A DNA stretch of 30,405 bases, taken from NCBI GenBank assembly GCA_029974275.1, contig JARKSN010000204.1, positions 1 through 30,405 on the forward strand, in the 5' to 3' direction. This DNA comes from Candidatus Hydrogenedentota bacterium (GTDB lineage Bacteria > Hydrogenedentota > Hydrogenedentia > Hydrogenedentales > SLHB01). Each line of letters starts with the position of its first letter. The stretch's first letter is position 1. Under the pieces are notes generated by a model that was not told where the DNA came from, did not search any database, and was given only the letters and a program-made list of their open reading frames with translations. Of this stretch, positions 1 through 5,607 are shown in pieces. The translations under genes and the position numbers were made by a program.

Positions 1-1803
1 TCCGGCGTAAGTACTGACACGATTACGCTGAACGAAAGAGCCGGCACGGAGGAGACGGTTCTACTTCCAGGTGGCGTGCCGTTGGTGATGGTGTGGATAC
101 CGGGCGGAACATTCATGATGGGGCGGTATCCGGGAGAACAGGACAGTGGTGACTCGGAGGACTCGCTGCACCAGGTGACAGTTCCAGGTTTCTGGATGGC
201 GAAGTATGAGTTGACGAAGCGTCAGTGGGTGGCGGTGATGGGCACGACGCCTTGGTCCGGAGAAGATTGTGTGTTGGGCGACCTGGACAGTCCAGCGGTG
301 TTTGTATCGTGGGACGACGCCAAATTGTTTTCCGCGATGTTGAATGGGTTGACGGGCAAGCCATTTCGGTTGCCTTCCGAGTCGCAGTGGGAGTATGCGT
401 GTCGCGCAGGAACGACGACACGGTTCTACTGGGGGGATGATCCCGGCGGCACGGTTATCAACGACTACGCCTGGTACTACTACAACGCTTTCCACGTGGA
501 CGAGAACTACGCCCATGTGGTGGGTCTTAAGCTACCGAACGGGTTTGGGTTGTACGACATGAGCGGGAACGTTAGGGAGTGGTGCGCGGATGATTTCCAC
601 TGGGATTACTCGGGTGCGCCGACGGATGGCAGCGCTTGGGTGGATTCGCCGAGAGCTTCAAGCCGCATGTTGCGGGGCGGCGGCTGGGGCCACTACGGCA
701 ACGGATGCAGGTCTGCGGGCCGTGACGGCTGCTTTCCGACGGTCACAGCCGCCTCCATCGGGTTCCGCCTAGTCGTGGCGGCGGATATGACATCACCGTC
801 AGTAAGCAGTTTTGCCATCGACAACAACGCCGCCGAGACCGCCTCGCGCACGGTGAGGTTGAACAACGCCTGTACGAACAATCCCACGCACTACATGGCC
901 TCGGAGTCGTCGGATTTCAGCGGAGCGTTATGGCTAGAGTATGCGACCAACCCTTTGTTCACGCTCTCCTCGGGCAATGAGGTGAAGACCGTCTACTTCA
1001 AAGTCAAGAACGATGCGGGCGAGTCGGCGGCAGTCAGCGACACGATCACGCTGAACGTAAGTGCCGGCACGGAGGAGACGATTCTACTTCCGGGCAGAGT
1101 TCCCTTGGTGATGGTGTGGATACCGGACGGGACGTTCCTGATGGGGCGGTATCCGGGAGAACAGGACAGTAGTGACTGGGAGGACTCGCAGCACCAGGTG
1201 ACGCTGTCCGGTTTCTGGATGGGCAAGTATGAATTGACGAAACGTCAGTGGGTGGCGGTGATGGGCTCGACGCCGTGGGTGGGCCAGTCCTATGTCTTGA
1301 ACGACTTGGACAGTCCGGCGGTGTATGTATCGTGGGACGATGCCCAGGCGTTTATTACGGCGTTGAATGGGTTGACGGGCAGGACGTTCCGGTTGCCTTC
1401 CGAGTCGGAGTGGGAGTATGCGTGTCGGGCGGGGACGACGACGCGGTTCTACTGGGGGGATGATCCCGGCTGCACACTTATCAACGACTACGCATGGTGG
1501 TACTACAACGCCGGGGATGTTGCAGACCAGCAGTACGCCCATGTGGTGGGGTCAAAGCTGCCGAATGCCTGGGGTTTGTATGATATGAGCGGGAATGTTT
1601 GGGAATGGTGCGAGGACGACTGGCACAGTAGCTACACCGGCGCGCTGGCGGACGGGAACCCTTGGGTGGATTCGCCTAGGGGCTTGTCCCGGGTGTTTCG
1701 CGGCGGCTCGTGGATCAGCGACAACAACTGCCGTTCGGCGAACCGATCCTACGGCAGCCCGGACCACGCGCACATCAACTTCGGGTTCCGCCTCGCCTGG
1801 TGA
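1..1803 (+). CDS. 5'-truncated multidomain surface-type protein: tandem FGE-sulfatase (SUMF1/CLec-fold) domains separated by an Ig-like spacer
   Basis: Frame 1 is open from base 1 to TGA 1801-1803. Two domains carry FxMG, RLPSExxWEYACRAG, NxxGLYDMSGNVxEW, RGGxW and GFRL. The spacer (~784-1060) is beta-rich (SFAIDNNA...KTVYFKVKN...DTITLN), and base 1 starts in the tail of an earlier spacer. Confidence 0.9.
   Translation, partial: SGVSTDTITLNERAGTEETVLLPGGVPLVMVWIPGGTFMMGRYPGEQDSGDSEDSLHQVTVPGFWMAKYELTKRQWVAVMGTTPWSGEDCVLGDLDSPAVFVSWDDAKLFSAMLNGLTGKPFRLPSESQWEYACRAGTTTRFYWGDDPGGTVINDYAWYYYNAFHVDENYAHVVGLKLPNGFGLYDMSGNVREWCADDFHWDYSGAPTDGSAWVDSPRASSRMLRGGGWGHYGNGCRSAGRDGCFPTVTAASIGFRLVVAADMTSPSVSSFAIDNNAAETASRTVRLNNACTNNPTHYMASESSDFSGALWLEYATNPLFTLSSGNEVKTVYFKVKNDAGESAAVSDTITLNVSAGTEETILLPGRVPLVMVWIPDGTFLMGRYPGEQDSSDWEDSQHQVTLSGFWMGKYELTKRQWVAVMGSTPWVGQSYVLNDLDSPAVYVSWDDAQAFITALNGLTGRTFRLPSESEWEYACRAGTTTRFYWGDDPGCTLINDYAWWYYNAGDVADQQYAHVVGSKLPNAWGLYDMSGNVWEWCEDDWHSSYTGALADGNPWVDSPRGLSRVFRGGSWISDNNCRSANRSYGSPDHAHINFGFRLAW
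16..1800 (+). repeat. Intragenic tandem duplication, period about 1023 nt (341 aa)
   Basis: gacacgat occurs at 16 and 1039, gccggcacggaggagacg at 40 and 1063, and gggcggtatccgggagaacaggacagt at 121 and 1144. Scaffold identity is high, with divergent patches. Confidence 0.9.
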
Positions 1804-2132
1804 TTGCGCTTGGTTACGTTGCCGCTTTGTTTCTCGTTGAGAGCGGCGAGTGAGAAGGACAGTGGTCTTGGAGCAAGGGGTGAGAGCGTCTCTGGGCGGC
1901 TTCGATGATGAAGCCCTGTGGGACTTTCTTGTTGACAAAGAGGTCCTGTCCGTGGGTTTGTGGCGTTTCGGCAATCTCCATGTCGATGATCCTGCGGGAC
2001 TAACGTATACAGAGAATGAGTCGGCCTGGCAGGTTCCTTCTGGGCGTCATGAACATCTCCGTGGCTGGGGGCAGGGACATTGCATTAAAAGGCCGAGGGA
2101 AATGGTGCATGGGAATTGCCATTGTTGATGTT

Positions 2133-2299
2133 TTTGTAGCGCCCGGTCTCTGTGCCGGGCGGGTCTGGGCGCAATGACCAATGTTTATGCGGAAGGCAAG
2201 TCTGGGGATGAAGCATTCTAGCCTCACGGATCCGGGACGGTGCGGATTCGTCTTATCGCTTGCCGAAAAGCGCCCGGCACAGAGACCGGGCGCTACAAA
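2133..2299. repeat. Inverted pair of 29-bp GTAG-type REP-like palindromes (REPIN/BIME-like)
   Basis: tttgtagcgcccggtctctgtgccgggcg (2133-2161) is the exact reverse complement of cgcccggcacagagaccgggcgctacaaa (2271-2299). Each copy is GTAG plus the hairpin CGCCCGG-N8-CCGGGCG. Confidence 0.8.
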
Positions 2300-2455
2300 G
2301 ACGAAACTCGTGAGCCAAACGGTAAAATCGGGACGTACGCATATGGGGCGGAAAAATCCTAATGGCTCAGAATTTTAATGCACATTCCCCGTGACTGTGG
2401 GCGGCTTGTCGGAGGGGGAGGCGCGCGTTTCCGGACGCGCCGCTCCTGTTCCGTT

Positions 2456-3835
2456 TCAGTGCGAGGCGGAACGCGTCTTTCCTTTGGCGCATCCACAGCG
2501 CAGGATGAGATATCCCACAGTGCCGGCGATCGCGCTGGCAAGCAAAATGCCCAATTTGCTTTCCGCCAAGTGCAGCGCGGAGGCTTCGGCTCCATTGAAG
2601 CCTTCCGCCGGGAACGCGAGCTTGGCGATGAACAGCGACATGGTGAAGCCTATGCCTGCAAGCCAGCTCATTCCGTATACATGCTTCCAACGGACGCCTT
2701 CCGGCAACGCGGCTATCCCCAGGCGCACGGCAACCCACGAAAAGGCCATGATGCCGATCTGTTTTCCAAGCACCAGACCCGCCAAGACCCCCAGGAATAC
2801 CGGTTGCATCAGGAGATGCCATGCCTGAGACCAATCGAACGAGACGCCGGCGTTGGCGAAGGCGAAGATGGGCATGATCCCGAACAAGACCACGTGATGC
2901 AGGCTTCGTTCGATGCGTTGCAACGGCGCTTCGACATGCCGGCATTCCTCGATGATCGAATGGACAAGGTTTTGCTGCCGTTCGTTGACCATGTAGGGAT
3001 GTGAGGAGGCGCGCGCGTTTTCCAGATCAAACCGGTCCACCAGCGTTCGGATGCGGCCTTGAAAGTGCCACGTCTGGTAACGGGCGTTGCTGGGAATCGT
3101 AAAGGCCAGCAACACGCCGGCAATGGTCGCATGCACGCCCGACTCCAAAAATGCGAGCCACACGAGAATGCCCACAATCACGTAGGGAAAGGTGCGCCGA
3201 ACTCCGAATCGGCTGAGCCCGGCGCTGACGAGTATCAGCGTGCCGCCCAGAAGAAGCGGCTCGATATCGATGCGCTGGGTGTAAAAAACCGCGATCACCA
3301 GGACGGCCCCCAGATCATCCACAATCGCCAAGGCAATCAAAAACACGACCAGGCCTGGAGGAACGCGCTTCCCCAACAAACTCATGCAGCCCACCGCAAA
3401 AGCGATGTCCGTCGCCATCGGAATGCCCCAACCGCGCTGCAGGTCCGTGCCGCCGGTGAACGCGAGATACATCAACGCGGGAAATGCCATGCCGCCAATG
3501 GCCGCCAGCATCGGCAACGCAGCCCGGCGAAACGTCGACAATTCTCCGGCGATCAATTCGCGCTTGATCTCGAGACCCGCCATGAAAAAGAAAATCGCCA
3601 TCAACCCATCGTTGACCCAGTGTTGCAGCGTTTGCGCAAACTCGAATCCCCCTGCACGAAAGCCTGCCTTCATCTCCCAGAAGGCCGCATACGATTCCCG
3701 CAGGGGGCTGTTCGCCAAGATGACTGCTGCAACGGCCGCGAACAACAGAAATGCCGCCGCATACGTATCGTGCTCGAAAAAATGGTCGAGCAGCGTCTTT
3801 CCTTCCAATTCCGGCAACGTGGATGGTGGCTTCAC
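2456..3835 (-). CDS. nhaA: Na+/H+ antiporter NhaA
   Basis: Motifs WVNDGLMAIFF, GLEIKRE, GWGIPMATDIAF, LAIVDDLG, SGVHATIAG, GKQIG and GIGFTMSLFI are present with many TM helices. GTG start follows GAAAGG. Confidence 0.96.
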   Translation of the reverse strand: MKPPSTLPELEGKTLLDHFFEHDTYAAAFLLFAAVAAVILANSPLRESYAAFWEMKAGFRAGGFEFAQTLQHWVNDGLMAIFFFMAGLEIKRELIAGELSTFRRAALPMLAAIGGMAFPALMYLAFTGGTDLQRGWGIPMATDIAFAVGCMSLLGKRVPPGLVVFLIALAIVDDLGAVLVIAVFYTQRIDIEPLLLGGTLILVSAGLSRFGVRRTFPYVIVGILVWLAFLESGVHATIAGVLLAFTIPSNARYQTWHFQGRIRTLVDRFDLENARASSHPYMVNERQQNLVHSIIEECRHVEAPLQRIERSLHHVVLFGIMPIFAFANAGVSFDWSQAWHLLMQPVFLGVLAGLVLGKQIGIMAFSWVAVRLGIAALPEGVRWKHVYGMSWLAGIGFTMSLFIAKLAFPAEGFNGAEASALHLAESKLGILLASAIAGTVGYLILRCGCAKGKTRSASH

Positions 3836-4000
3836 GGAACGCCTTTCTTGATCGATGTCTGTTTGCTCCTAGCCATGCTGCCCCGGAAACACGGCTCAAC
3901 CTGGGAAAATTTCACCGCCTTACGATGCCCTGTCGCATGGGCGGCAGGCAAAAACGTTTTGTGCTCACTTCATGCAATGACTGCTGGGAATACAGATGTA

Positions 4001-4038
4001 TAGCATGAACGTCGCCCCCAGGGCGACTCGCCATGCTA
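4001..4038 (-). terminator. Stem-loop at the stop of the REC-GGDEF-like gene
   Basis: TAGCATG...GTCGCCC-tgg-GGGCGAC...CATGCTA (- strand) is an interrupted hairpin. There is no clear U-tract. Confidence 0.35.
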
Positions 4039-4965
4039 TTGCATGCCGCGACGGTCCAGGCATATGCCGCCGCTCCTGGCTTCGATCGATTTGCCGCGGA
4101 GGTGAGTCAGGATTTCGAAAAGCTGTTGGGGCGTTCGCGGCGTGGCGCGATCAGAGAAGCTCACGCAAAAAAGCACATCCAACTCAAGGCGAGGATCCTT
4201 CTCCCGGGATTCGGATGCGGGTCCCCGCTGGATGGCGGTCGATCCTATTCGGGCATATAACGAGGCGAGTCCCTCCTGCCAGATTTCCCGGACTCGCGAA
4301 CAGTATGCCTGGACCTGATCGGCGCTCAACAAGCTAACGAAATGACCGCCGCTCATGTGTCCCGAAAAGACGCTTTCCCCCCCGAATTCCTGGTTGCATG
4401 TCTGAAGAACCTGGGCAAATGCAGTGATAATGCGTATTCGCGCTTCCTCGCCGTACCGGTACGAAAATTCCCGGACATTCGTGACTTCCCCATAGGCCAC
4501 GGCAAAAGGTTCGCCGCACCCGAGGCGTCGCTGGATTTCGCGCTTGGTGGATTCGGCCCCGTGCATTCCCGTGAGGGGGTCGATGTCCACCGTGTTTGCG
4601 TGGGATCGCAGGAGAGAATCGATGCGTTGTAGCAATTGGCCGACATGGAACGGCTTGGAGACGTAGTCATCGGCGCCTTGCGCCAAGCCATGGAAAACCT
4701 CTTCCTCGCTGTCCATTGAGGAAAGGATGAGAATAGGCAGTGTATAGAGAGAAGCGCTTCGACGCATGCGGCGGCAGAGTTCAAATCCCGACACGCCCGG
4801 AAGCATGACGTCCACAATGAGCAAGTCGAATTTCCCTTGCTGCATGGCATCGATTACTTGATCGCCCGATCGGATGACTGTGCAATGATGGCCTTGAGCG
4901 ACCAATTGCTGTTGCAATACAGCGACCGCCTTCGCGTCGTTCTCTGCAATCAGAATCCGGGCCAT
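4036..4965 (-). CDS. Response regulator: REC domain + degenerate GGDEF-like domain
   Basis: The REC domain (ILIAEND, LLIVDVMLP, GADDYVSKPF) is followed by DPLTG...FAVAY...YG...GHMSGGHF. The start is placed at ATG 4965 behind AGGAGAGGATGGAG; the ORF track starts at 5001. Confidence 0.85.
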   Translation of the reverse strand: MARILIAENDAKAVAVLQQQLVAQGHHCTVIRSGDQVIDAMQQGKFDLLIVDVMLPGVSGFELCRRMRRSASLYTLPILILSSMDSEEEVFHGLAQGADDYVSKPFHVGQLLQRIDSLLRSHANTVDIDPLTGMHGAESTKREIQRRLGCGEPFAVAYGEVTNVREFSYRYGEEARIRIITAFAQVLQTCNQEFGGESVFSGHMSGGHFVSLLSADQVQAYCSRVREIWQEGLASLYARIGSTAIQRGPASESREKDPRLELDVLFCVSFSDRATPRTPQQLFEILTHLRGKSIEARSGGICLDRRGMQ

Positions 4966-5352
4966 TCTCCATCCTCTCCTCGCATGCGCGGTGCCTTTCA
5001 AACGGTGTTCGCGATATACACGCCTCCAATGGTCACAAGCGGCTGCTCGATGCGAAGCGCTGCCCCAACTTTCCCCGGTAGTAAGGTAGCAGCCTTATGC
5101 CGACGTGTCAAGAGATGTTTTTACTATGAAACCCGTAGTTCATGCGCCTTCGAGAACCGCGCCCGATATTGCGGGGCATCTGTTGGAAAGCCTTATGCCG
5201 CAGGCATGTGCACCCATGCGATCAGAATTTTTTGCATGCCGTTGCACGGATATGGGGATGGTTCCGGATAGTGTTTTCGCCGAGTTTTCAAGACGGCGTT
5301 TCCGCCTCCTGGAAATGCCGTTATACGAAATCCCGGATAACTGAAAGTACTG

Positions 5353-5407
5353 TCCGGAAAACATGGAGACGCTCCGGAAAAACCGGACCCCTTCCGGGGA
5401 AAGTGGA
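5353..5407 (+). promoter_or_regulatory. Putative upstream activator array: three 15-bp palindromes on a 20-bp period
   Basis: TCCGGAAAACATGGA (5353), TCCGGAAAAACCGGA (5373) and TCCGGGGAAAGTGGA (5393). A weaker fourth site TCCCGGATAACTGAA may lie at 5331. Confidence 0.7.
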
Positions 5408-5463
5408 AGTAAAACCGGCGACTTTGAGATCGGGAATAAAGAAGGGTTTCGCAAGTCAATGTA

Positions 5464-5476
5464 TTTCAATGTGTTA
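5464..5476 (+). promoter_or_regulatory. IHF-like binding site
   Basis: TTTCAATGTGTTA has one mismatch to WATCAANNNNTTR. It lies in an AT-rich patch between the palindrome array and the sigma54 site. Confidence 0.45.
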
Positions 5477-5521
5477 CAGATGTATTCCTGCTTCGCTTCG
5501 GTTTCATTCCTTCAACGTCCG

Positions 5522-5539
5522 TTGGCATGTTACTTGATA
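5522..5539 (+). promoter_or_regulatory. sigma54 (-24/-12) promoter of the cheA operon
   Basis: TTGGCATGTTACTTGATA gives GG-N10-GA against consensus TGGCACGNNNNTTGCW. It lies about 70 nt upstream of the cheA start. Confidence 0.7.
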
Positions 5540-5607
5540 ATAAGCCCAATAGGCACGGATCGGCATTGACTGGGGGTTTGGAAATGGAGTCTGCGGGAGG
5601 AAGAGGC

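Noticed and set aside
1850..2128. 92-aa ORF after the FGE-domain gene
   Set aside because: No clear RBS and no recognisable motif. It could be a remnant but cannot be supported.
1804..2455. DGR template repeat, reverse transcriptase or accessory gene downstream of the FGE-domain gene
   Set aside because: There is no AAC-rich copy of either variable segment and no RT motifs here or elsewhere in the window. Only a weak wobble hairpin exists at 1819-1849, so a complete DGR is not called.
2930..3100. ~55-aa hydrophilic insertion in NhaA
   Set aside because: A similar loop occurs in many non-enterobacterial NhaA proteins, and the transport residues are intact.
5353..5407. CRISPR-like or iteron interpretation of the periodic repeats (also 17137-17191)
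   Set aside because: The units are 15-bp degenerate palindromes with 5-bp gaps, there are no spacers or cas/rep genes, and their position fits activator binding sites.
5551..5567. Second sigma54-like site AGGCACGGATCGGCAT
   Set aside because: The GG-to-GC spacing is one base short of the strict -24/-12 requirement.
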